A program made the translations under genes and the position numbers. Shown here in pieces: positions 50,501 to 64,000 of a stretch of 64,000 bases of DNA (within the stretch, counting starts at the first letter, position 1; each line of letters opens with the position of its first letter). Source of the DNA: Aplysia californica (lineage: Eukaryota); assembly GCF_000002075.1 (NCBI RefSeq), contig NW_004797773.1:268845-332844 (forward strand), written 5' to 3'. The notes beneath the pieces were generated by a model. It was not told where the DNA came from and made no database searches. It was given only the letters and a program-made list of their open reading frames with translations.

Positions 50501-53500
50501 AGTGAATACTTCAGATCAGTAATAAGACAAATTGAGTCCAGCCATTCGTTTGAAAAAATGAGACGGTAAGCTGGAATCTGTCTTGATCTCTCACGATGAC
50601 AATGTAGGCCCTAGCTGTCCAATAAAAGGGTCTCTGAATTCTCAACAGCTATTTGTGGGATTTGCACCCTATTTGCCAGACTCAACCCCTAATGACTTTT
50701 TTATATTTTCTTTTTAACGGAAAGAAATGCTTCATGTTCTGAGATTTAAGGATGCACATGAGACTAAAGCTGGGTCTAAGAAAGGAGTAAGGGCCTTAAA
50801 GACTGGTTCATTTTTTCAAAAGCTGTGTGCATCGCTTGGGAAAATATGTATACCTTTATGGAGCATGAGTTGAATAGGTAATATCATAAAGATTTGTTTT
50901 TAATACTTCAGTTTTGATAAGTATATTTGTGAGCAATGTAACGCAGGGAAACTTCTTTATGAGATACACCTCGTATAACTATTACTGTACACATGTACAT
51001 GTAAAGAAGAGGAGAGTACTTAACAAGCCCAACAGCAAGAACGACAGCGCAAACCATACAGTACAGTGAATTGTTATGGAACACGACAAATACAAAGCTT
51101 TTTCTCCTCAAACTCCATGATGTATTGCGTCTTGAAATCTTGTAAGGATTGTCAATGCATTAGAGACACTAATATTTGAGCTTGGAGAAAATGTATGCCT
51201 CTCTTTGACATGTTTTTTCCACACTTAAAACAACTGGATCAAATACAAGAGAAACAGGCTTCAGGCAGGTAATGATGAGAAGGAGTTGCTCCCAAGACAG
51301 AGAGAATTGTAACTACCGTATCTATTCGGCTTACTTCCAGTGACAGCATCAACAAGATTCAAGTAAGAAAACAAATAGAGAAATTCTCACAAACTTTGTA
51401 CATTCATAGGGGGGAATGTTTAATGCGACAATCATCGTCTTACAGGCTTATTCAATTTCATCCACAAAAAAAAAAAATTCATTCATTTACATTACAATTC
51501 ATTACAATATTACAATGTGATACATGATATTCAAAGACATTATCTGTGTCAGTGACAATCGTAATGAGATATAACATTTCCAGTCAAAAAAGAAAAAGAA
51601 ATTGATCTGACAACTTGCACACTACACTAAAGCAAAATGAAATCATTTGTTCTAATGCCTCAAAAGACACGTTTTCATTCAAACAAACATGCAACTGAAA
51701 CTGGACTTTTCTAGTGACGCAAAATAACTACTTACATGTTAATTTCTAACTCATTGAAAACACATCAGGCCGTAAGGTTATCCTCCTGCACATCAACATT
51801 TCAATATCAACAATTCTTTCTCCCACAAGAAACTCTCAACTGTGAGAATCCAGAAGATTTACTATTCCCAAGAGAGAGTGGACTTCCTATGAATGAATCA
51901 GTTTCTCTCTACAAACTCACTCCATTCGTTGCCATTGAGATGGCTTCCCACTGAGAAATGACACAGTACTTAAAAGATTCATTATCTCCCCCCCCCCAAT
52001 TTCTGAACATCAAAATGCAGTAAAAGAACAGCTATTTTCCACGGATAACATTCTTCAACAATTGACTCGCAGAACAGAATAAAGCTGTCCTTGACTGGAG
52101 TATTGGAAAAACTGGAGTGAGAACTACCACAGTCATCAATCCATAAAAGAGAAGTCACAGATCAAGATTTTGTTCAGACAAAAACAAAGCTAATTGAACG
52201 TAAGAGAGATTCTTCCATAAGTCAAAGTATGTTACGAAGAACAAAGTGGTCACCAACACCAATTAATTACGTATGGTACAATCATTCAACATATATATAT
52301 CTGCTCTTTTCACTCATCCGCCACAGATGCAGAGAAATGAAGAATAGCATCACCATTTCAAGTCAGATCTTCTTTAACGAGTAAATTTCAAAGAGCACAC
52401 AATCTATACCAAAACCCTATCGGGTATCTATAGACCACAATTTTAAATGCACAGGGATCCCAATTGACATAAAAGAGCAAGGACAGTATCAGGTTTGTGC
52501 TTTATATAAACAAAAGATATCAGCAAATGATGCTCATCTAAGGTCAAAGAAACAGCAGGACATCCGATGAGACTCATAAAGGGATAACATTAATATTATA
52601 CTAACTGCCAAACAATTTTTATGAAAAACAATTAGAACGATAAAAAAAGAGGCAAAAATCATAACAGAAAAAACCCTCATTAAAGATACCAAAAGGAGTG
52701 CAATGAGGAAGAATAACCCAAAATGTAAAAAAAAATATCAGCCACTTTACTTAACAAAGGAACAGCCCCTGATTCCAACTTTCAGCCTCACATCTCATTG
52801 CCACTGCCACTGACACAGCAGTAATAAAATGGCACACTTGACACATTACACAGGATTTGTCCATGTTCCTCATACAAGACAATAATAATACATGATATAC
52901 AGGACAGGTAAATAACACAACAACAAAGAACATCTCTCCACTCTGCTGAGCTCACAACACTTTCACATTCACCATCGGTATCAGGCACTCCACACTCCTC
53001 GCTCCATTCATCCTTGAACCAAAGAAACAAGCCAACAAACTTGCATATTATACATATTCCCTTGTGTTGCAAGCAGTTCTTTTCCATATAAAACAAATTA
53101 ATTTTGCCCGTTTCAGTGATTGGGAGCATGCGGAATCTCCCTATACAAGTTTGAAATATTTCGACCACAGTAAAACTTTGATTAAATGAGCATAAAAATA
53201 CATAATAACAATTTGTTCAATCGTTAAGAATTTTAAAAGCAAAATTCATGCCACTTTACTTTAACAACTCTGAAAGCAACAGTCAGCATGTGATTGTGCA
53301 CAAAAATATGAATAGTGTATACACTGTCTTTGCTGTCAACTTGGGAAGGACTTTGTAAAGTTAAATTTAACACTTTTAGTACCCCAGGCTGTAGTATGCG
53401 CTTATTTCCGCCGGCAACTTAAGTCTCCAACTCAACCAGGCACACTAAACATATTTAAACAACAAACCCCCATTGCACTAAATCGAATACCAAAGGAAGT

Positions 53501-56500
53501 CACTCTATGTGACAGCTGAATGGTTGAGAATTTATAAAATATTCTACCATGGCTTCAGCGTTCTAAACTGGTGCGCTACTAGAGGGTTTTTCACTATAGG
53601 AGCCTTTGGTACTGTAAGTGTTAAGGGTCAGGCTTGCATGAACTGCTTGCAACACCAATGACATTTTGACACATACTAGCACAGGTTGCCCAACAACAAC
53701 AACAACAACAACAAATATACACATGTTTAAAAAAACTAAGGTCCAGGCACCAAAACAGAGGAATTCCATCGGTTGTTGGGGGGAATTTTCACGGACTCGA
53801 AAAGACATGCAATGTGTGAGAAAATACACAGCTAACCACTCAGTTCTAAAAACTATCTCCTTGATTTTGTGAATGTAGATTTTTTCAAGCATATAAAAAG
53901 ATGGTGGGGGTGGGGAGATTTCAGACTCAATTCCACAAGTCTAATATTGTGATTCACTTCCTCTTTATAAAATGAAAAACATAAGAATGGCTCGATAGAA
54001 AATCTAATGCTGTCACATTTTCTAACTTCTTGGAAATCATAAATTTGAAGTTTGCCGACAACCACTACTGTTTTCTGTTTATGAATAAACCCTGTCACAT
54101 TTTATTCTTTATTTGCCTTTTTATTCTTAAAAACTAATCCACTCTATTCTCAGCTATCCTTAAGGAAGCATACAGTTGGCACACCAAAGACACCCTGGAA
54201 ATGTCTCTGAAAAACTTCAAACATTAACCCTTTGACTTGGGAGAGCCTTGCTCTTGACAAATCCACTTGGAGAGTGGCAGTCACAGAGTGGGCACCAAGT
54301 AGTATGAGTATTCACAAATAAGAAAACGCTGAAGCCAAGAGGGAAGACCGCAGGCTGCACACATCCACAAGTGGAAACAAACGTCTTAAAAGCTCAAAAT
54401 TTGGCAAACTCTAAACTGCCAAAATTGGTCTTATTCGCCATAACAGAAGTCACGAGTCCTCTTGACCCTTATTTCTTCTATTTCTCTAGAGAAATATTCT
54501 CTGCAGATGCATTGGTCATCGTCAGACATTGACAGTAGAAACTATATTATCACTATTCAACTATAGAAGGTTCATTTCACTTTAAATACTTTAAAAGAAG
54601 TCAGTATATATATAACAATAAAACAATAGTATGACCGACATGGACTTCGAGACTTTTTCCATTAAAACAATCAGTTGTCATACTTGTGCGGTTATTGGAC
54701 ATTTTTTCAGCTTATACAGTGATGAGACAGTCTCCAACGTTAATACTCTGTCACTAGTTGGCTAACTCGTAAATTTAAAACCAAAAAAAAGTAGGTGGTT
54801 TTACTTTGTAGGTTGTCAGTATAATATAAATATCAGCTTATGGTGTTTGTTTCATAATCTTAATGTAGGTGTATCATGCCCCCCACCAACACAACCTACA
54901 TCATTTAGTTAGAGACTTTAAAGCCTACCTGTTAGTGCTAGGGCAAACCCAGGCTGAGTGGCATAACAATGTCCCAGTGGAAAGCCCAAAATACTCGATA
55001 AAAATTTTCCTCACATGGGAATCAACCTCAAGTTTTGTGCATGCAACTGCGAAGCACCTAACCACTACCCACAACCATCTGTATCTCACTCATTCGGCAT
55101 CTTTCCTTACAACGAAAACAGTGAGATATTTCTTACATAATACTAAAAAACAGAAGAATTCCCCCTTTTTGGTGTCTAAATTCCAGACCTCACATTTCAG
55201 ACCCAAGACACACGTTGACCAAGTCACACACCCATCACCAGCTAAGCACAGTTCATAAATATATGTATCCATACTTCAAGCAAATCAAGCAATAAATGTA
55301 TTCACTTTACATAACATTACAACAAACGGTTTTTTACATTATCTCTTATTGTCATTGTTCTCTATTGCTGCAAGACAACTAAGCTGTTCTCTTTGTTTAC
55401 AGTCTTGCTCAAAACTTGTTCCTTAAATGTGAACAGTAGACCACACTCCTTCCTATTTCAGTCTTTCTTGACACTTTGTATTTTTTTCCTCCTTGTCAAA
55501 AATGTATCTAGTGTTAGTACATTTCTCTCTGTTACATCCAGGCCACAAGGGGGTTGGCTGAACTCAACAGAGACAGAGAAAGATGGCGGCAAACTCTGTT
55601 GGCTTTATGTGGAGCTACCACAAACAACAACAGCGATGGAGCCAAATGACAAATGGCATCTTGAATACAAAGGTCCTGCAAATCTTCATGCTCAGTATTG
55701 TGCGGATGTTCATCCTTCTTGCCCTAATTGTTGTAAACATTTGAGCGTGTCTGTTCGTGAAAACAACCCTTAAAAGAATAATAAGGAGAAAGAAAAATAA
55801 GCAGAGCTTTCTATCAACCTTTAAGAAATAAGGCAGATAGTTGTGCTGCAAGACATGTGACTTTGCCACCATAAAAACACACACATGCACAATTCATGTA
55901 CTCTCAGACACTCCCTGGCAGATGAAATAATGATGGCGACTAATGAAAGATAAAAGTTTTGAGACAAAGTTGACCTACTTCTCCATGAAAACTACACTGA
56001 CATTCATTACTGAGACAATGTTACCACCTAAAAAATGTTTAAAGTCCATGTCAAGGAAAGCTCTCAACTGTCATTGTACATAAAATCAAGTATATAAAAT
56101 AACTGTTCAGGATATTTTGATCCAAACTGTCATTCTTAACTAAAACACAGCGCCTGGTGGCATACGCGTCATCTTCACGCTTTCGGCAGAAATTCACAAG
56201 ACATCATTGACATCTATGTGGCATTACCTGTCTTAAAAAGCACCTTATTCTAGTGCTTAAACCCACTCAGTCTACATTATTTATTAGTTAGGTTTTTTAA
56301 ATCTTTATCTAACTTCTTGTATAGTTCTTAGCTTTCATCTGTGCCTATTTTCACTTCTTGCCTTTGCACTCCTTTTCTCTCATTCTGATACAATCTAACA
56401 TGCTTATTTTGTTTTTTGATCCGGTCACTGATCTTTCACACCGACACCACTTCCCACCACTCACATTTACATTTACATTGAAAGAACAACGTGCCCATCT

Positions 56501-56820
56501 TTCACAGCTGCAGAAACCCCTTCTGACACAGAAAGAGAGAAGCCATGGCCTGTTTAAACATATATTTGTTCTCTAGTCACCACCCTAACATCTCACAGCA
56601 CAGCCATCCACACTCCTCCACACCTGGAACTTTCTCCTTTCACACTCTTTAAGGTTTACACTTTTTTTTTTTTTTAAATCGTCATCGTCTCTGTCGTCAT
56701 CCCCATGAGCATGGCACTTGAATATTGAAAGTTTCCACTCAGCCCTCCCCCAGGCACACAGAGTCTGACAGCAGCATCAACACGCGACAAATGTTATGAA
56801 AGATGCCCGTGAGTGTAGGA

Positions 56821-59800
56821 TCAGACTTGGAACACCTGCGGCATGTGAAAGTTTCGTTCACTGTGCCTGGAGCGACGTAGCTCGTTGTGAAAGTACGCGA
56901 TGGTTTTGTTCAGCCCCAACTTCAGGGGAACCTGGGGAAAAGAGAAGTACGGACGAAGGTGGAGGGGGGGCCCGGAGGAAGCAAAAGATTAGTTAGTCAT
57001 ACATCATTTCCATAAAAATCTATGATGTAAACCAAAATGATACCCCCAAATTTTTTTTTCAAATTAAAAACCAAAGTGGTATAATGATAAGTCTCTTCCC
57101 CATTGCAAGCAGAAAATACAAGTCCAGTTCCCTGAGTATGGAAATGTTAGTGTAAATTAGAGTTTTACGGCACTTGCAACACATATACAGTAGTCTCCGC
57201 CTAAGATCCCACCGCTTACGATCCCGGTTCGCTTAAGATCCCATTGTTTTAGGAAAACATAATTCTTACTATACAAAAGTCACCCCTAAGATCCCGCTCT
57301 GATGGTCTACATTCGGCTAAGATCCCGCATTTCAGATCATAATTTGCGAAACAAAAACCCAGGCGGGCACAGCCGATCAACCAAGAGTGAAAAGTTGAGA
57401 TCAATAAACTGTCCGTCGCGTCAAAGATCAGCCACTATCGTGAGTGTGATCACATACACGTTGTAAAACTCGATGAAGCGATACAATGTTTGCCCCAGAC
57501 GGGATCACACCGGGTTGTGAACTAACCGACGTGTTTGTATTTCCCCACACATCGCACTCACACCTGAGCTCGCCACCTAAACTTGCATCACTCGCTGGGT
57601 GGGTAGGGCCTACATGTTCGCTCCAGGCGGGATCACATCGAACCATGAACTCTTCCCTAACCATTGCAGCAGTTGTCTCTACTCCCGAATTTTCTACACA
57701 GACTGAATTTTAATTGGTGTGCTCACAACGTAATGGTGTGTAACGACAAAGGCGGTTTGGGGGACTCGGTCAGAGATGGAAAGCTATAAATTTTCGACAG
57801 GTAAAATGGAGGGGCAACTGGATAAGCGTAGATCTTGAGACTCATGATAGGATAATAAGTGAAAATGGTACGCCTCATGCCACTATGCACCGTGATAGGT
57901 CATCAAGGTTAACCACTCTTTGCTCGCCATATGCCATAAACCCACCAAGCGGGCACGTCAGTTCATTGAAGAGTGTAGGGAGACCATTTAACCGATTGTG
58001 AGCCTTAACATGGGTCACCATAGATTCTTCCCTGGGTTCATCGGTTAAGATCCCAGTTCGCCCAAGATCCCGCATTTCCTTGCTCCTGAGCACCGGGAGC
58101 TTAGGGGGAGACTACTGTATGTCAGAAGTGCTGAAGATTGGAGGTGTGACTTAGAGAATAACATCCAAAGAAAAGGAGGAGATATAGATCATGTCTGAAA
58201 GTGAAAGGAAAGACCATACCAGAACAATGTCAACCATTCACCGAGTACAGAATCAATTTTCTTTNNNNNNNNNNNNNNNNNNNNNNNNNNNNNNNNNNNN
58301 NNNNNNNNNNNNNNNNNNNNNNNNNNNNNNNNNNNNNNNNNNNNNNNNNNNNNNNNNNNNNNNNNNNNNNNNNNNNNNNNNNNNNNNNNNNNNNNGAGTT
58401 TTACAGCATTTGCAACACAATAAGGTCATATATGAGAGATTTAGTTTTAGTACGAGTTTTACAGCATTTGCAACACAATAAGGTCATATAAGTGCCGAAG
58501 ATTAGAAGTGTCACAAAAGAGTAACAAACACCAAAAAAAAAAGGAGGCAAAATCAGGACAATAGATGCTTTATAGGAAAGAAGGAGCAAACCACACCAGA
58601 GCACCCGTCAATCACCCACTTGTTTGAGAGAGAGAGCCTAAAGATTTACGAAACTGACTTAACAGTCAGTTAAAAAACACAACTAATCTGGCCCCGCGGA
58701 AAATTGCATTTTTGAAATAGAAAAATTGCAAAAAAATTGCAAGGTAAACTGCCTAAAAATTGCAAAAAATTGCAACCTTCCCATCCCAGCCCCATTAATA
58801 CGGGCTTAACATTTTTAGTTTAAAAAACATGACAATTTTGAGTACCGGTAGCATAAAAGCAGCACAGCCTTTTCAAAAATCATGACCCACAATACAAATT
58901 CATCAAATGTATTAACAACATTGACTAGTAACAACACACGAGTACGTTAACAATAAAGTTATCGACCAAATATAATATGATAACACGAGACACAAAATAA
59001 CGGAACCCTCGGTTTTGGTAATAACTTTTAAATGAAGGTATAAAATTTGACCAAATTTAGTTAATACCGGGTACTTGGTTCATGCAAAAATCTAGACGTG
59101 TTTGAGGTTTAGTCTATAAAAAAACAAAAGGATTTAGGAAACAACCTCTAAATACAGAATAAGCTTATGCTCCAATCAAACCAGATCCTGTTCTATTTTT
59201 TTCTTGAGACCTTCGATACACCGGTGATCTGTATTTAGATCTATTTCAGATATTTTCTGTTTTAAAACCGGCATGGTATTGTTTTAACACTAAGTCAAAT
59301 CGTAAAATTCTGCAAAAAATGTTTTCCCATTTATAAACAATAATAATACATGTACTAATGTAGTTCTAGATCATTTCTACAGCACCCACTCCTGTGTGAA
59401 CGCAGCTAAAGGCGTTTTACATAACGGGGTGTTTACGTACACCGTACACGAACACCTAGCCTCAGTGTCTACGTACACGGTAACCGGCAACCTGGCATGT
59501 AGTCTCAGTGTCACGTACACGGTAACCAGGCAGTTAAGAATTCCAAGTTCAGTTTTTGTCATGCGGTGTTGCCTTCAACTCCAGCCCTTCCCCGATGGTA
59601 CCTTTAAAAAAAAAATCAATAATTCCCCCATTCCGGAGCTCTAAAACTTCCTTGCGCACAGACTTTGAATGAACTTTGGTGACCCGAACCGGTACTCACA
59701 ATGTGATGCGAAAGCACAGGTTCACTGACCGGTAACTATGGCGAGCCCAACAAGCGCGTGTATAACTTTCTTTTTTTATTTCAACAAGTGACAGCATGGG

Positions 59801-62800
59801 ACAAATATTGGTTTATTTTCATTCCGTTTACCGTGTACGTAGATACTGAGACTAGGTGCCCGGTTACTGTGTATTTAGACACATGCATCATGTACGAACA
59901 ACATTCACGCGCGCACACACACACGCACACACACTCACGTACACCTCACACACGCACACACCTACTTTCTTATCACACGTGCACGCTTACACACATTAGA
60001 TAAAGGCCTAGCCCAGAGAAGGCCATCTTCTCTGCCTAGCCTATGTCTCAGTTTCAGTTTGTGTTGTACATGATGTATTCCGGCCTGAATTTCCAGTTAT
60101 AGCTTTTAGAATATGCTCAGTAGGCTTGAGCTGGGCCGATACCATGATTTACGTAGGCCTATCGGCTCTGTACTCGCACCATTTAGTATTAAAAATTCTG
60201 TTAAAATTAAATCATTGATGTATTTTTGCCTAAAATTGCAAGAAATTTTGAAAATTGCAAAAAATTGCGGGTTTATTGCGGAACTCGACGAAAAATGTGG
60301 CCGCAAGTCCGCGATTTCCTGGGGGGCCAGACTAATAGGGGATTTAACAGAAAGCAAATGCTGAAAATAAGAATAAAAACTTTTCTTCCAATAAAAAAAA
60401 CATATAACAAGAAAAAGCCGAAAAAAAAAAATATAACAAGAAAAAGCCGAAAAAAAACATCCCAGATTTATAAATAAATCAAACAGCTGAATAACCTGTC
60501 AGCTGCACACTCACCATGGGCTTCCACCCCAGGTATTTCATTGCACGGCTAATGTCCGGCTTTCTTCTCTGTGGATCATCCTCCATTGCCGTCTTCTTGA
60601 CTATTTTGCTGCCTCCGCCTGAATTGTTATAAAAAAAACATTAAAAAATTGTTATTAGGTTTTTGTAAGAGTTCTACAGCGCTCGCAACTGCATGATAAG
60701 GTCATATGAGCGCCAGAAGATTAGAGGAGTTACAAGAGAGCAACAAACATTAAAAAAAGAAAAAAGGGGAGATAAGGACGATATGTTTCATAGGAAAGAA
60801 GAAGCAAACCACACCAGAGGACCCGCCAAACACCCACAAAAAATTGTTAGTATAGGGGACGTCTCCATACCAATCAGGACGTAGTGTTAATGAGGACAAC
60901 ACCATACCAATCAGGACGTAGTGCTAATGAGGACAACACCATTACAGAACTAATGAGGACATCACTGTACTAAGGAGGACATCACTGTGTTAATGAGGAC
61001 ATCACTGTGCTAATGAGGACATCACTGTGCTAATGAGGACATCACTGTACTAATGAGGACATCACTGTACTAATGAGGACATCACTGTACTAATGCGGAC
61101 ATCACTGTACTAATGAGGACATCACTGTACTAAGGAGGACATCACTGTGCTAATGAGGACATCACTGTGCTATTGAGGACATCACTGTACTAATGAGGAC
61201 ATCACTGTGCTAATGAGGACATCACTGTGCTAATGAGGACATCACTGTACTAATGAGGACATCACTGTACTAATGAGGACATCACTGTACTAATGCGGAC
61301 ATCACTGTACTAATGAGGACATCACTGTACTAAGGAGGACATCACTGTGCTAATGAGGACATCACTGTGCTATTGAGGACATCACTGTACTAATGAGGAC
61401 ATCACTGTGCTAATGAGGACAACACAGTACTAATGAGAACATCACTGTGCTAATGAGGACATCACTGTGCTAATGAGGACATCACTGTGCTAATGAGGAC
61501 ATGACCGTTCTAGTGAGGACATCTAACGGATGGAGTTGGTATGATGATGTATGAAATTTTCAGAGGGTACGCGTAATTCTGTTTAAAAAAAATTAGGAAG
61601 ATTGGAGGAGGAGGAGAAGAAAAAAGTGTACCTACCGACCATGGAGAGAATGATCTCTGCAAACTCCATGATGGTGTGCTCCTCAGGGTTGCCCAGATTG
61701 ACGGGCTGCGAGAAGTTGGAGTTCATCAGCAACATGAGGCCGTCCACCAGGTCGCTAACGTACTGGAATGACCGTGTCTGCTCACCCTCACCATACACCT
61801 GAGGATAAAAGCAGCCAAATACATTCTCTAATCAGTCTGGAGGGGGGAAAAAAACATCCAAAAGCCATTTGCTATGACAACAATATTCTTTACAGGTACA
61901 CTATGGGTGTTCAGCAATGTAATTATCAACATAAGCAAAACATCAATACTCTTTATAATCACTAATAGTTTAGTTGTAGGTAGTTTTATTAAGCGTTTTA
62001 TGGCACTAGCAATATAAATAGAACATACAAATACAGGTGCCAAAGATTAAACGTATTACTAAAGAGTAGCATAGAAAGAAAAGAAGGCAAAAAAAGAATA
62101 GGATGATAGATCTTTCTTTGGTAAGAAAGAGCAACACACACAAGAGTAGGCCTACCTGTCAACCACGCACATATGTTGAGTTAGGCAAAGTACATTGTAA
62201 TTTCGAACAGAAGTAAAACATTCTCTATACTTACAGTGATAGATTCATTTTGCAATGCTTGTAAAATGAAATTACTGACAACTCTGCCATCATTCATGTG
62301 CATGCGAGGGCCAAAGGTATTGAAGATACGAGCGACGCGAACCTCTACATTCTCCTGGGGATTGAAAAACAAACAAAAAAATGTTATAAACCAAGAGGAC
62401 GAGACAAGTTTGAAAACAACATATATCTGTTAAATATTTCAGAGTGAATCTTATGTGATGCAATATATGGAAATACCGATATGGGACTGATTTATCGACG
62501 ATACATCCTGAAAAGATTAAGATTTTCAATACGGAATGTGCCACTGGTTGGAGGAGCCTCATGGATGTCCTACTTCTTTCCTCTCAAATGGCTGTTTCTG
62601 TCTATCAAAGGAAAAAGTGAAAAATAAAGGTCTAAAAATGGAATGCACTTGAGAAGCTTTTCAGGCGTGCCTACACCAATGCAACAGTGAATATGCGAGT
62701 GGTTGGAGAGTACGTCTGGTTGGCCCTACTTCTTTGCTATTCCTCTGTTGTTTCTATGTGTCAGCCTTGTTATTTCCTAGCACTAAACATATATATGCCA

Positions 62801-63925
62801 CTCTGCCAATGTGCTTCTCATTATTCAAACACAGTGAACTAAAAAACAAAAAACCCAAAATACTGAGCAGCTACTTCTCACACATGTGAGGGAAAAAACA
62901 AGTTGAGTTCTTACTAAAAACGGACAGTTGGAGAAACTGGCAAACTTGCCTTGAGTGAAGAAAAATGATCCAGCATTCAATTTAATTTATAAGTTTCACT
63001 GCAATAACCTTTTCACAATCAGATGCAAACCATACGTGAGGCCACTCTTGTATCGAGCCAAAAGGCATGTGCACAGTTTTTCCTTGTTCTCGTTTTCTTC
63101 TTCTTCCTCGTTCTCGAATGCGTACAGTCATTTACACCACCTTTAGTGTTGAACAACTACTCATGGGGTATACACATCCTGTTTGAATCAGTGGACCATT
63201 TATTCTTTTAACTAAGTTTTCAATTCACCCCAAATTCTACATTTCCTGGGAAGTTCCAGTGTGAGAACAATGCATAATATGTAGAGAATGTGAGCAATGC
63301 AAAAAGGAAATCAGCCGGAACCATAAGCTATCCACATACAAACACAAAAAGTAATTAATTAAGAAGAGACAAGAATTCTTTTTAATCCAATAAAAATTAT
63401 CTTAAAGCGTCCAAGAAAATACAAAATTCTGGTTGCTGAGACGATGAGCATACTTCCCTGCAGATAAAGTTAACAATAATACTGGAAATGAAGTAGAAAG
63501 TTTTAAAAAACCTTTTAGGAAGAGTTTTACTGCATTTACAACACAGTTACATCATATATATGCAGAAGATTAGAGTTTTACAACACAGTAACAAACTCAA
63601 AAGAGAAGGAGGGATAAGGATGACAGATGCTTGACAGGAAAAAAGGAGCTTACCACACCAGAGCATCCATCAACCACCCACAAAAGTAGAAAAAACAGAA
63701 AACACTGAAATACCCACCATCTGCAACAATATATTTGTTATTTAAAAGGCAGGCACAGAGCATGTGCAACTTATCAGAAAAACTTCATCATGCACCACTT
63801 TACCTGCTTCTCATATGCATAGCACATGGTCTCAGCAACTCTCTTCCCCTCATCATAACAGGCACGGGGCCCGATAGGATTTACATGGCCCCAGTAGTCC
63901 TCATTCTGGGGGTGAAGCTCTGGAT
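56821..63925 (-). CDS. UXS1: UDP-glucuronic acid decarboxylase 1 (UDP-xylose synthase); last five coding exons, gene continues beyond the window
   Basis: Exons: 63925-63804, 62354-62235, 61798-61636, 60618-60515, 56931-56821 (122, 120, 163, 104, 111 nt), GT-AG and in phase. Motifs [23 protein letters not shown] (YxxxK), [61 protein letters not shown]. Confidence 0.97.
57188..58117. mobile_element. Tc1/mariner-pogo-type MITE (CAGTAGTCTC termini) inserted into a short retroposon copy
   Basis: TA|CAGTAGTCTCCGCCTAAG ... CTTAGGGGGAGACTACTG|TA; repeated TAAGATCCC subterminal motif. Confidence 0.9.
58265..58395. other. Assembly gap (N run)
   Basis: Run of N. Confidence 0.99.
58688..60330. mobile_element. 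1.64-kb non-autonomous DNA transposon, CTGGCCCC termini, 6-bp TSD
   Basis: Perfect ACTAAT at 58682-58687 and 60331-60336. TIR CTGGCCCC..GGAAA.TTGC / GCGATTTCC..GGGGCCAG. AAATTGCA subterminal repeats; internal inverted block at about 59455-59485 vs 59828-59860. Confidence 0.87.
60865..61522. repeat. 20-bp minisatellite (ATCACTGT(A/G)CTAATGAGGAC, about 28 units) preceded by a ~38-bp duplication
   Basis: Direct reading of the array in the UXS1 intron. Confidence 0.97.
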
Positions 63926-64000
63926 CTGGGAACAAACCAAAAAAAACACCAAAAACACTTTTTTTTGGTCCTGTCTCCCTTTTCGGGTGCAAATGGTGCC

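Noticed and set aside
52788-53168. 126-aa minus-strand ORF and neighbouring short ORFs at 47.6-56.8 kb
   Set aside because: No recognisable motifs or phase-consistent exon chain; composition fits UTR or intergenic DNA.
56790-56823. UXS1 TGA as selenocysteine or read-through
   Set aside because: It falls at the normal end of the family alignment, a TAA follows 9 codons later, and I recognised no SECIS.
58396-58492. Duplicated ~36-bp retroposon tail
   Set aside because: Abuts the N gap and may be a scaffolding artefact.
60941-61522. Regular array as a possible CRISPR
   Set aside because: No unique spacers, no cas genes, and it lies in a eukaryotic intron; it is a minisatellite.

Overview
AT-rich, intron-rich animal genomic DNA. 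The repeat content suggests a lophotrochozoan such as a mollusc (inference). I assembled three spliced genes by hand from GT-AG sites with consistent phases; the ORF track shows only fragments of them. (1) An 8-exon EPSTI1-like gene on the minus strand (26062->10815, 394 aa) with an RG/RGG-rich N-terminus and a C-terminal CUE-like domain. (2) An 8-exon ELP5 gene on the plus strand (26502->45140, 288 aa), head-to-head with the first, with 439 bp between the start codons. (3) The last five coding exons of UXS1 on the minus strand (63925->56821). The rest is mostly nested mobile DNA: a decayed Gypsy pol, RTE and I/Nimb-type LINE pieces, mariner and Tc1 relics, SINEs, and many MITEs with readable TIRs and TSDs. 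The most unusual items are an internally deleted Chapaev-like transposon with a RAG1-N-terminus-like zinc finger and asymmetric bipartite CAC ends, the EPSTI1+CUE architecture, a TIR element holding just a LINE endonuclease domain, an inverted repeat pair bracketing the shared promoter, a candidate poison exon in ELP5, and a headless short retroposon that shares its tail with a LINE in the window. All family assignments come from remembered motifs; no database search was run.
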